NCBI GenBank assembly: GCA_964486045.1
Contig: CAZALK010000001.1
Span: 488,242 to 552,241 of the forward strand
Source of the DNA: an uncultured archaeon
GTDB lineage: Archaea > Asgardarchaeota > Lokiarchaeia > Sigyniarchaeales > SOKP01
Length of the DNA stretch: 64,000 nt
Direction of reading: 5' to 3'
The notes under the pieces are model-generated. The model did no database searches. It was not told the origin of the DNA and saw only the letters and a list, made by a program, of their open reading frames with translations. A program made the translations under genes and the position numbers. This document shows, one piece after another, positions 1 to 9,655 of this stretch. The stretch's first letter is position 1. Each line of letters begins with the position of its first letter.

Positions 1-867
1 CATATTATTTGCATCATAATTAGGATTGTTTAATAATGGATTTGTCTCATCAACCGAGAGTTTTGGCATAAAACTTAGTAGTAAAATTAATGCAAAAATA
101 GCAGAAATTCCATTAATGGTAAAAGAACCCCCAATTTTGTCAAGATCGTCTCTATGTATAGCAATATTAGCAAGAAACATGCAAATGAATACATTTCTAT
201 CAAATCCTTCAGATACATAAGCATAACCCAGTTCGGGATCAATTGTTAAATATTTTTCTTCAAGTAATCCAATGATCTCATCCGGGAATGTGTAAAAAGT
301 ATAAATTTTTTCCTCGCTCTTCCTCACATCTTTTTTAATTAGGAGTTCTTTTGAAATGAGTCCAAAAATTTTCACCAATTCTTCAAGCTGATTTTTTACA
401 TAATGGCGAGGTTTATTAGGATCTCCAAACATAGCATAAAATTGATAATCAACAATGTGAAAATCATTTCTCTTGCTAAATGCTTCAACCATCCTATCTA
501 TTATTGGCCCTTGTGACCCTGATGCAATTGCTTTTGCCTTGGATGCGACAAATCCATTTAATAACTCATTTATAATGAAATCTTGCTCATGAGTTCTCGA
601 TTTTAAGATCATTTCAAATGCTTTTGAAAAAATTTTTGTGTTTGGGAAAAATGCATTTTGGATTTTTTCATTTATGGATTTTATAAAGATATCTCCATCG
701 TTTTTGGGAAAATGAAGCTTCATATTTGATAATCTTTGAATAAGGGCTGCTTTTGCCCCGGGGATATTTTCTACATCCCTTCTCTGCAATTCCTCAATTG
801 CTAAATCAAGTCCGTTTTCAAAGTCCTTCAATAATGTTTTCCATGCAGTATCTTGAATTTCCCCCAT
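1..867 (-). CDS. Hypothetical protein, partial (runs off the window edge)
   Basis: ATG at 865-867 (MGEIQDTAWKTLLKDFENG...), apparently open to position 1. Absent from the ORF track because there is no stop in the window. Co-oriented with the two genes upstream of it. Confidence 0.75.
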   Translation of the reverse strand, partial: MGEIQDTAWKTLLKDFENGLDLAIEELQRRDVENIPGAKAALIQRLSNMKLHFPKNDGDIFIKSINEKIQNAFFPNTKIFSKAFEMILKSRTHEQDFIINELLNGFVASKAKAIASGSQGPIIDRMVEAFSKRNDFHIVDYQFYAMFGDPNKPRHYVKNQLEELVKIFGLISKELLIKKDVRKSEEKIYTFYTFPDEIIGLLEEKYLTIDPELGYAYVSEGFDRNVFICMFLANIAIHRDDLDKIGGSFTINGISAIFALILLLSFMPKLSVDETNPLLNNPNYDANNM

Positions 868-892
868 AAAATTAACTCCTTTTTAATGCTTT

Positions 893-1861
893 TTAATTAG
901 AGACATCCCAATTTAATTCTATTGCTATAGTTTGAAGAATTTTTATAATATCGGCAATTTGCTTTTTATCATATATGTTCGGTGATGAAATTCCTCTTTG
1001 GGCTTTCCAACCCATCTGCGTACCCTCCCCCATTTCTCTTTGCCCAAATTTCAAGATATTACTAAGATCTCTTACCCACCAATAAAATCTTAGCCATTTT
1101 TTATTTGGATTGTCTTTTGAATAGATAATTACTGCTGCTTTCCATTCTCCCATCAACCACTTAACGGTTATACCGCTAACGGGTAGATAAAAATTTATTG
1201 GAAAATTTCCATGAAAATTTAAATCTATATCTGCTGAGTTAATATTAAAAATGGGCTGATTATAACCTTCTAAGATTACAATCTCACCACAATACTGACA
1301 TTCATAATGAGATTTTTTTTTATCCATTTTTTTTGAGCATTTAGGACAGGTTCTATTTTCTAATATTCTATATTTGATGATTTCTAGATTCCTCTCCTTT
1401 TCTAGCTTTTCTTTTGTTTTTTCCTCTTTTTTTCCGTAAGATCCGCTCCAATTCCAAATTTCATCAAAAGATTTATCAACCATCTTTAAGGCATAAATGG
1501 TATTAGCAAGAACATTTTTGTCATATATTTTAAACATACCTGTATGCTGTAAATTCTTCCACCAGGATAATCTAACATATTTCTCCTCTTTCAAATATGC
1601 ACTATGGCAAATTAATGCCGCAAATAATCGATTCTCAGTTTTATTTATGATTATTCCTTTTTCACAAATTTCAAATTGTTTATTTAAGCTTGCATTTTTA
1701 TGAAAATATTCCCCATCATAAAATTCTCCCAAATCTATTTTTATTTTTTCCTGCGCTTCAGCTTCTTCATCCTTCTCTTTAATAATTTTTTTACACTGAG
1801 GACACTGAAAAATACCAGCAACCAACGGCTCCATTTCAACATTACAAGATGGGCAATTCAA
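893..1861 (-). CDS. Zn-ribbon protein with internal duplication (two Zn ribbon + putative PC4-like units)
   Basis: CPSC..CPQC and CPKC..CQYC ribbons, each followed by a similar domain (KYVRLSWW...IYDK / KWLRFYWW...IYDK). Confidence 0.7.
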   Translation of the reverse strand: MNCPSCNVEMEPLVAGIFQCPQCKKIIKEKDEEAEAQEKIKIDLGEFYDGEYFHKNASLNKQFEICEKGIIINKTENRLFAALICHSAYLKEEKYVRLSWWKNLQHTGMFKIYDKNVLANTIYALKMVDKSFDEIWNWSGSYGKKEEKTKEKLEKERNLEIIKYRILENRTCPKCSKKMDKKKSHYECQYCGEIVILEGYNQPIFNINSADIDLNFHGNFPINFYLPVSGITVKWLMGEWKAAVIIYSKDNPNKKWLRFYWWVRDLSNILKFGQREMGEGTQMGWKAQRGISSPNIYDKKQIADIIKILQTIAIELNWDVSN

Positions 1862-1863
1862 AG

Positions 1864-2964
1864 TTAATCATCATCACTAGTTATTAATAATCTTTCATAA
1901 TCCAAATTTAATAATTTTATTTCTTTCTTTGTTAAATTTGAAATTTCTTTATTTATTTCTACCAACTCTTTTCTATGTTCGATCAATGAATTCTGAATAT
2001 TAGTTAATAAATTATTTTCATTGTAAGTAACTTTTTCGATAAATTCAAGGTATTTGAGTTTTTTTTTCTTTCCAGAATAATTCCTCTTTAATTCAATTAA
2101 TTCTTGCCCTATTTGTATCATTTGATATCGTGTTTTTAGTAGTGAATATAATTTAATATTCCATTGTTGAAGTATGACATTGTCTCTACTGATTTTGCCA
2201 AAATTAAATTTCTCTGGCAGCTCAACTTTTTCATCTCTAAGATAATTTAAAATCTCTTTATCTTCTGCAATAGCATTATTTATTTTTTTTAAAAGAGGTT
2301 TTGTGTTTAAAACAGGATCAAAGATCCTTATTAATTCATTAATCTCTTCTTCAATTTCTTTAAATCGCTGATAGAATCCCTCTATTGTAATTTCGATCTT
2401 TATGGCTTGATAAACATTCCCAAATTGATCCAAAATATAGTATAAATCATCGGAAAGTGCATAATCATGTTCGTCAATTTCATATATTAAGGAGTGTATA
2501 ACGCTACTTTTTTCACACCTTACACCCTTTAATCTGGTGAGAGCTAAATTAAAGTTTCTCCTTGTTAAAGACTTAAATTTCTTATTTATTATTAAATATA
2601 AAGTATCATCCGGAACGGATATCGTGTCATGCTCAATCGTTATGGTTTCCACTCCTAATTTGATAACGAAGTCATCATCTTTTTGATCAAATTCTCTTTT
2701 ACTTCGAATGTTTTTAATTAATCCCAGATCAATGTATACATCGATAAAATCTTCATCCCAAAAGTTCACTATATTATTTTTATAGATTTCGTCTATAACT
2801 AGAACCCTATCATAGGATTCTATGAGTTGTTTGTCGCTTAAGTCTTTTAATAAATCATTTCTTATAATATAAAGGAAAAGTAGAATATATCTCATTCCCA
2901 GATCATCCATGATATTATCTATTAATTTGGCATCATCATCCAATGTCAAACTTTTATGTTCCAT
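1864..2964 (-). CDS. Hypothetical protein with possible winged-helix region and C-terminal coiled coil
   Basis: 366-aa ORF with a heptad-rich C-terminal half; 2-nt gap to the next gene. Confidence 0.7.
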   Translation of the reverse strand: MEHKSLTLDDDAKLIDNIMDDLGMRYILLFLYIIRNDLLKDLSDKQLIESYDRVLVIDEIYKNNIVNFWDEDFIDVYIDLGLIKNIRSKREFDQKDDDFVIKLGVETITIEHDTISVPDDTLYLIINKKFKSLTRRNFNLALTRLKGVRCEKSSVIHSLIYEIDEHDYALSDDLYYILDQFGNVYQAIKIEITIEGFYQRFKEIEEEINELIRIFDPVLNTKPLLKKINNAIAEDKEILNYLRDEKVELPEKFNFGKISRDNVILQQWNIKLYSLLKTRYQMIQIGQELIELKRNYSGKKKKLKYLEFIEKVTYNENNLLTNIQNSLIEHRKELVEINKEISNLTKKEIKLLNLDYERLLITSDDD

Positions 2965-3175
2965 ACCTAAAATCCACTCATTATTATTTAATCTGTGAAA
3001 ACATTTCTGTAAAAAAGAGTATTTTAACTAATTATTCATTCCTAAAAAATTTTACTAAATTCTGTTTAATCTTTTCATTTAAAAGCAAAAATTTTTAGTC
3101 CTTGTTTCTGTATATTTAATTAGCAAATTTTAATTATAGTTTTATAAATAAAATCAATTTTTGGAGATTATTAGT

Positions 3176-3754
3176 ATGGGACGTCGTAAAAGAAAACAAG
3201 CTTCACCAAGAAGGGTGAAACGGGTGCCGAAAATTTTCACCTGCCCAGAATGTGGGGAGAAGAGTGTTAAAGTCACTGACATTAAGAAAAAAGGAGCTTT
3301 TGCTACAGTAAAATGCGGAAATTGTGGATTGACGAAGGAAGTGTTAGTAAATTCAATATCAGAACCCGTCGATGCATTTGGGGATTTTATAGATATATTT
3401 TATGCTGATCAAGAACTTCAAAGATTAGAAAAACGTATTATAAAATTCAAAGAAGATAATGCATTGGGAGAAATTATATTATCTTATTCAATCTTATCAG
3501 ATCTTTGTAAAGTTAAAGCCGCTATATTATTAGACGAAGAACCAATAGATATAGATGCAGTAAATAGCTGGAAAATGAAAGCTGAAGAATATAAACGACT
3601 GGAAAAGGGTGCATTATTAAAACTTGATTCTGAAGAACTAGAACGAGGAGTTCGAACAGATGAAGAATCCTTGTTTACAGAGAGTGAGACCAGAATAAAA
3701 AAAGGACGAAAAATTGAAGATACCTTTGACGATCCTGGGTTTTTAGAATTTTAA
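3176..3754 (+). CDS. elf1: Transcription elongation factor Elf1 with long C-terminal extension
   Basis: MGRRKRK...FTCPECG...VKCGNCG...EPVDAFGDFID Elf1 signature. ATG at 3176 is preferred over the TTG at 3161. Confidence 0.9.
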   Translation: MGRRKRKQASPRRVKRVPKIFTCPECGEKSVKVTDIKKKGAFATVKCGNCGLTKEVLVNSISEPVDAFGDFIDIFYADQELQRLEKRIIKFKEDNALGEIILSYSILSDLCKVKAAILLDEEPIDIDAVNSWKMKAEEYKRLEKGALLKLDSEELERGVRTDEESLFTESETRIKKGRKIEDTFDDPGFLEF

Positions 3755-4148
3755 ATTTTTAATAAAATTGTTTATCCTATTTTTTAGTGTTACAGTTCAG
3801 TTTATCAAGAATTGCGAAGAAATTTCTCTGGTGTAAGATAATTCTTTTTTATTTCAGAAGTTAAAGAGTCTCAAAGCTCTAATATATTTCAGATTAAATG
3901 GATAAATAGTCGCTTTTAATATAGGTTAGATTAAATTAAGTTAAGTTATCGAATTTTAGAAAAGGATTATTAGCTTTGGCACTTTTTGGGAGTAATTAAA
4001 ATATTTATTCTTCCAATATCTTTAGCTAAGGATGAATATTTTAATAAAACTTATGATTTTCAATAAAATTAAGTATTTAATATCTTAAATGGTAGAAAGA
4101 TCTCCAGATTTTCCCGAAATAAAAGGAAGTTGGACTAAATTTACCGGG

Positions 4149-4607
4149 TTAGCTTCCTTTGCGCTTAGCAAACAGGCTTTTTAATTCTCCCATGATAGCG
4201 CCTCTGAGTGAAACTGGATTTGCAGGGCGAGCAGGTGCGGGTGCAGGTCCTGGACCAGGTTTTGTACCTCCCGGGGGAGCACCCGGCGGAGGTGGTGCGG
4301 TTCTTGTTGGCCCTCCAGGCGGACCAGGTGGCGATCCGGGCGATCCTCCTGGTGCATCTGAGACAGCAGGACCAGCTGCTGCTGGTCTTGATTTAAGTGT
4401 AGTAATGTCTCTATTTACCGCAGTTAATTGGTTTTGCAAATTTGTGACCTTCGAATTGATATCTTGAATACTCACGTCTACCAAATCAGGTATTTTGAGT
4501 ATAATTTGCATTATTTTTTCAACAATATCTCCAAAAGCGCTTAATTTTTCTTCCATTGGGGCCTTTCTTGTACTCTCTAAAAAAGAGGAAAATTCTTCTG
4601 CACACAT
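4149..4607 (-). CDS. Coiled-coil + polyproline + C-terminal amphipathic basic helix protein (VASP/WH2-like candidate actin regulator)
   Basis: Heptad N-terminus; PPGPPGGP and APPPPGAPPGG tracts; terminal LRGAIMGELKSLFAKRK. Confidence 0.7.
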   Translation of the reverse strand: MCAEEFSSFLESTRKAPMEEKLSAFGDIVEKIMQIILKIPDLVDVSIQDINSKVTNLQNQLTAVNRDITTLKSRPAAAGPAVSDAPGGSPGSPPGPPGGPTRTAPPPPGAPPGGTKPGPGPAPAPARPANPVSLRGAIMGELKSLFAKRKGS

Positions 4608-4737
4608 ATTTCAAAACAATTTTATAATTTCAATTAAAATATTTCTATTAATTATATATATTTCTATTTAATAAATGTAAGTCTAAGGATAATAAGTCGA
4701 ATGTTATAAACAAATAAAAAAGAAGGGAGTAGCTTTA

Positions 4738-5361
4738 TTAGCTAAATTCTTTTATAGTATCTTTTAGTTTAAGCCAAAGAGCATCAATTTCTTCTCGTAC
4801 TTCCTTAAATTGATGAATTTTCTTAAGTAGGATATCACGGGCTCTATCAAAATCTCGTTGAACATCATTCAATTCTTGGTCAAGAATGTTTAATTTATCC
4901 CCATCAATTAGTTTATTTTTTGCTTTTTCAACATCTAGCGCTTTTTTAATCACAGTTGATCTTCTATTTGCGACATCAGATAACGCTTCCACGAATTCCT
5001 CCTTCTTAGCTACTAGATATTCTTTTTGAATGGCTATATCTTTAATTGCATTCAAATACGTATTATTTGCTTTAATATACTCATCATTCTGCTGAATTAT
5101 CTCTTTATATAACTGTACTTCTTCGTCTTTGATATTAGATCTATGCTCTCGAGCGAGAGTTTGCATTTGTTTTAACACATCCCTGAAAGTTCTATTCAGC
5201 ATTTCTCTTGTATTGTTAGTTTTTGAAATATTTTCAGCATATTTTTTTTGTGAATTGATCAAAGCACTTTGAGCTCTTGCTAGTTTCTTAAACTGGGAAA
5301 CGAGCTCCCTCTCAGCCCTTGCTAAGATTAATTCGTCTTCATGCGTAATTATAGGGCTCAT
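4738..5361 (-). CDS. All-helical coiled-coil protein, BAR-domain-like
   Basis: 207 aa, almost free of Pro and Gly; long helices with a basic tip segment (KKALDVEKAKNK). Size and pattern fit a stand-alone BAR domain. Confidence 0.55.
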   Translation of the reverse strand: MSPIITHEDELILARAERELVSQFKKLARAQSALINSQKKYAENISKTNNTREMLNRTFRDVLKQMQTLAREHRSNIKDEEVQLYKEIIQQNDEYIKANNTYLNAIKDIAIQKEYLVAKKEEFVEALSDVANRRSTVIKKALDVEKAKNKLIDGDKLNILDQELNDVQRDFDRARDILLKKIHQFKEVREEIDALWLKLKDTIKEFS

Positions 5362-5446
5362 ATATTAAATCTCCTACAATATGTACTTTTTTTAATTCTA
5401 TTGTTTAATATAAATCCTTCTGATAAAATAATAATGGAGCTTCAAT

Positions 5447-7174
5447 TTATAAATAATTATCCATCTTTTTCTGATCATTTTTAGTATTGTAAAATTTATT
5501 ATAGTCTATGTCTGGAATATTTGGTAATATCTGATTTGACAAGCTTTCGTATTGATTAATTATATACTCTTGCATTTTACTAGGAGGTATATAATATGGT
5601 ACTTGAATTAATGTGACATTATTTTGTTTACATAGATCTAATTTCATTAAATCATCTTCTTTTCTTTGTATGAGATCCTTTAAAGTCTGGTTAAAGTGTG
5701 TTACGGCACGATAATGTTGTTCTCCTTGTGCTTCAAAAGCCAGCTTTAAGTCTTTATTATAACCATCTAATTCCATTTGATTACCCCGAGAATTTATTAG
5801 CCAATTTGGTCGTTCCTTTGGAAATTCTTTTTGAAAAATTTCTTCGAAGAACTTCCTTGACAAGCTCTCAAATTTTCCTTGAGAACATTGAGGACACCAA
5901 TCACCTCTTATAAAGTTTGTTGGAGCGCTTTCAAATATATGGTTTTCACTACAGCGTATTTTTAACTTTTCATGTTGATTTTTGTAATCTTCTGGCATAG
6001 AAAGACATTTTCCACCTCTTTTTTCAATAAGTGTTTGAATATCCTGAAAAGACCCTCTTAGTTTTTCACCAATAACTTCGTAACTACATTTCCTACACCA
6101 TTTTCCTTGTTTTAAATTTTGAGCATTAATATTAAACTTATGACCTGCTTCGCATTCAATTTTGAATCTTGTTCTTTGATTGAAAAGTTTTTCTTTCGGA
6201 TCTTCATAGATAATTCCATTTAATTTACCACCTTTTTGAGTTATAATATTTTGATGTTCTGCTACCGAACCCCTCTGGTCATCTACTCGACTTTTTACAG
6301 CACATTTTGGACACCAAGTTTGGTTATGTATAACGGAATCTACACGAGTTTTCCATGAGTGTTTACATTTTCCACATTGGTATAATAATTTCGATTTGAT
6401 ACCTTTAAATTCTTCTGGAATTGATAAAATTTTTCCAGTCACTCCGGTTTTATCAATACCAACTTGCTTCACAATTTTTTTTAAATCTGTCAAAGTATAT
6501 TTTTTCATGAGATCTTTATATTCCTCTGCACCAATCAACTTTTTTATTCTAGATCTCATCGTTGTAATTCCAGGGACCTTTTGACCATTTTCTCGTAATT
6601 GATTTAGGACTATATTATAATTTCTATATTTCTTATAAAATTTTATCCAGTTTCTAACATCTTTTTCTGAATATTTCTTATTACCCAAATTAAGACTTTT
6701 AGTTTGAGATGGAATTATTTTTATTGTAGATCTTTGAGGTTCATTTTTTGTTTTCGTAATGGGTGAATATTTAATTCTGTTAATTCTGTTTTTAGATTTT
6801 TGGTTTGGATCGAATGTTGGTCATATAATTCTGTTTTTAGATCCATTTTTCGGATCGAGGGGAGATTTCGTGAGGGAGTTGCTGAGTTCTTTATTTGGCT
6901 GAGATGTGAGGTTAGTAATGGTATTTTTTGCATCTTTATTCATATCTGGTGGAGGTGGTTTAATGCTATTTTTAGTTTCTTGGTATGGTTTCGGTTTTTG
7001 ATTTTTAGTCTGCTGAATTTTCCCTGGTTGTGGTTTAGGGTTTTGATTAGGCGTTTGTTTCGGTTTCTGGTTAGCTGATTTTGAATTTTTTTCAGGGGTG
7101 GGTTTTGGGGGTTCGGGGTTAGCTTTTGGGCTCTGGCTAGGTTGAGATTTCGGACCTTTCGATTTGAAGCTCAT
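5447..7174 (-). pseudogene. Low-complexity leader + Zn-finger repeats + PD-(D/E)XK/Vsr-like endonuclease, with one in-frame TGA at 6821-6823 (a 413-aa C-terminal part could be expressed from TTG at 6688)
   Basis: ORFs 6821-7174 and 5447-6688 are in the same frame with no other stop between them. The TGA aligns to CGA (Arg) in paralogue 19497-22379. Three C..H...WCxxC fingers and a MELDGYN..LAFEAQGEQHY nuclease motif. Confidence 0.8.
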
Positions 7175-7250
7175 TTTATCATTTGAATTTTGTGAATTTT
7201 AACTATTTAAAAAAATGATAATTATACATTTATAAAAGAAAATTACCTCA
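6790..7250 (-). repeat. Diverged repeat copy A (promoter + 5' coding leader), shared with 19421-19890
   Basis: About 75 nt of upstream DNA aligns by eye with the upstream of 19497, and the coding start MSFKSKGPKS..PEPPKPTPEK is nearly identical. Orientation is inverted relative to copy B. Confidence 0.85.
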
Positions 7251-7379
7251 AAGATCAAAATTGGAATCATTCATTTTAAGAAAATGGAGTCTTCTGGATT
7301 TATGGGTGCATTTAATTTATAGGATTATTCCAGATATACTCCGTATCTCAAAGGTTTAATCTTTTTAAGGAAAGTTAGT

Positions 7380-8417
7380 CTAAATAGGGAAAATTGCAGT
7401 TAAAATATTATCTTTATAGTTTGCTTTGATAATTTTTGCCTGGATATCCTTTCCTATTAAATTTTTGAAATCAATAAATCGCTTATTTACGAGTAATTTT
7501 ATCCCTAAATTGTTATTGGTGATTTTGCCAATGTATTCATATTCCCAACGACCCGGAGATACAACCGTTAATCCTATGATGTCACCTTTTTTAAGTTCTA
7601 AGGATGCTGGGCTCTTACGTTTGTGAATATTGAAATCACGTGGCCCAAGTTTTAATTTTATATCGTATTTCTTTTCTAATCTAGATAATTGCTTATAAAA
7701 ATAATCCCAAGTTTTTGGTCTGATCTTTTTTAATTTCCTTCCCGTTTTATACATCAAATATTTTTGAATTCCAATTTGAAGATTACGATCTGAAATACCC
7801 CGTTGTCTCCTCTCAATGATGTAGTTAATAATTTCTTCTATATCTTTATCATTTACTCCAGGGAACCATACTGGTGCTATTAATACATTTATTTTGGATT
7901 CAATGAGAACGTCAATGTTTTCTAAGAGCGAAATCATTTTATAGTCCTTAGAATTACATAAGTAGTTTGCTGTTTCCTCAATTAAAGAATTTAAGCTAAT
8001 GTTGATTCGAGTAAGATTAACATTTTCTAAATCTTTTATAACTTCAGGATTCAAGAGTAATCCATTAGATTGCATGGAAATTGTCTCAATTCCTTCTATT
8101 TCCCAAAGCTTTTGGATTAATTCAAGTAATTTAGGATAAATTAATATTTCTCCATACGGGGAAAAATGGATTTCTATACCATGTCGTCCTTTAATTTCGA
8201 TTAACTCATCCACTTTCTCGATTAAATAATTTGGATCAATAATAAAGTTATTAGAATAATCCCCAGCACTCACAAAACAATATCTACATTTTAAATTGCA
8301 TAGTGTCAAAGGTTTGAGTTCTATAACATTTGTCCCACGATCGATTACACCAATAAAATCAACACCAAATAAAGGTATTCCTGAATTTTTATCGACATAT
8401 TTAACTGAAGTAGTCAT
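7380..8417 (-). CDS. Radical SAM protein with probable C-terminal TRAM-like domain
   Basis: CNLKCRYC motif; IPLFG..FIGVIDRGTNVIE N-terminus typical of a conserved archaeal family. Confidence 0.85.
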   Translation of the reverse strand: MTTSVKYVDKNSGIPLFGVDFIGVIDRGTNVIELKPLTLCNLKCRYCFVSAGDYSNNFIIDPNYLIEKVDELIEIKGRHGIEIHFSPYGEILIYPKLLELIQKLWEIEGIETISMQSNGLLLNPEVIKDLENVNLTRINISLNSLIEETANYLCNSKDYKMISLLENIDVLIESKINVLIAPVWFPGVNDKDIEEIINYIIERRQRGISDRNLQIGIQKYLMYKTGRKLKKIRPKTWDYFYKQLSRLEKKYDIKLKLGPRDFNIHKRKSPASLELKKGDIIGLTVVSPGRWEYEYIGKITNNNLGIKLLVNKRFIDFKNLIGKDIQAKIIKANYKDNILTAIFPI

Positions 8418-8423
8418 AATTAT

Positions 8424-9500
8424 CTACCGAGTTTTATATCTTAAAATCCCTACTATTGATCCTAAATTCACCAATTGTTCTCCAGCAATATTTTCAGTGC
8501 TCATAATATTTATTTCTCCACCAGAATTTTCAACATTTGATATAATTTCTTCAATTTTCAACTTTTTTTCTTTTGAGGCTCCACGAATAACCAAATCTGC
8601 AATTAAAAGCTGTTGAATAGCACCTCTTTCAGATGCTTCAGATACTTCGTCTATCCCTATTAAAACTAGATCGGCATCATTAGAAAATTGAGCGAAAATT
8701 TTCTCAATTTTCCCTGTTTCTTGTAAAATTTTAACTTCATTTTTTAATTTGGCTAATTCCTTAGATTTCAGCGTTTCAACAATAGCACTTTCGGTTCCAG
8801 AGGTAGCATGACATAGTTCAATTTTAGCGGTAATGGTTAAATTTGGTAGTTTCTTTAAATATTCCATAAAATGTTTATTAGTATTTCCAGGACCAGATAA
8901 GACTATTAAATCAATTTCATATGCTTTTAGATTTTCCATAACTACTTTCCCAATGTCTTCATAAAATTCATTCAGTGCCGTATTACGATAGGATTGTTTA
9001 TATCTTTTTCCAGGGATATGCTTTTTTATTGTTGCTATCCTATTATAGCTAAAATTAGTTATAATAGCAATAGTAGCTAGTCCCGTTTCAATTGCTACAA
9101 ATAGAATAATAAAATTGGTTTCAAACTTGGAGCTTTCTTTAAATCTTTGCAATTCATGCTTAGACCACGTTTCCTTGATAATATTGATTTTTTGCATTAT
9201 TTCGATATTAAATGTATGGTAGGTTCCATAACTGACAAAATCATCAGGACCTTCCATAATTTTTCCTTTCACTCTTAATCGATTTGAAAACTCATGAAAG
9301 GAAATAGTTTCAGCTTTCAACTTCAATCTCATTGTCTTTCTTTCACCCTTTGATCCCTCTCTCAACACAATCCTTCTCTGTGTACGAGCAGATATTTCAT
9401 CTCCCTCATTAATAATGTTGTAAAGTGTCCACAAATCATTCAGACTTTCAGGAGTAACCGTGATTTCTTTTTGTTTTTGGTTAAAATTATGAATTTTCAA
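8424..9500 (-). CDS. pelA: Pelota/Dom34 ribosome rescue factor
   Basis: PESLNDLWTLYNII, RLRVKGKI, YHTFNI, HIPGKR, QLVNLGSIVGILRY. Confidence 0.95.
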   Translation of the reverse strand: MKIHNFNQKQKEITVTPESLNDLWTLYNIINEGDEISARTQRRIVLREGSKGERKTMRLKLKAETISFHEFSNRLRVKGKIMEGPDDFVSYGTYHTFNIEIMQKINIIKETWSKHELQRFKESSKFETNFIILFVAIETGLATIAIITNFSYNRIATIKKHIPGKRYKQSYRNTALNEFYEDIGKVVMENLKAYEIDLIVLSGPGNTNKHFMEYLKKLPNLTITAKIELCHATSGTESAIVETLKSKELAKLKNEVKILQETGKIEKIFAQFSNDADLVLIGIDEVSEASERGAIQQLLIADLVIRGASKEKKLKIEEIISNVENSGGEINIMSTENIAGEQLVNLGSIVGILRYKTR

Positions 9501-9655
9501 GTCCTAAAATTAGCTCCTATAAAATTTCTCATTATTCGTTAGTTAGTATTAATTTACATTATAAAATAAGATTAATTTAATTAAAATCATGAAATACTAA
9601 TGCTAAAATAAAATAATTAAAAAAAAGAGAAAAAAATAATCTGTTTAACAAAAAA

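Noticed and set aside
4159-4467. Plus-strand Gly/Pro-rich ORFs (4159-4467, 4208-4396)
   Set aside because: Antisense shadows of the GC-rich polyproline gene.
6821-6823. Selenocysteine recoding of the in-frame TGA
   Set aside because: The paralogue has Arg (CGA) here, the context is a low-complexity linker rather than a redox site, and no SECIS was recognised.
6721-7078. ORFs 6721-6933 (-) and 6800-7078 (+)
   Set aside because: Alternative-frame or antisense shadows of the interrupted leader-nuclease gene.
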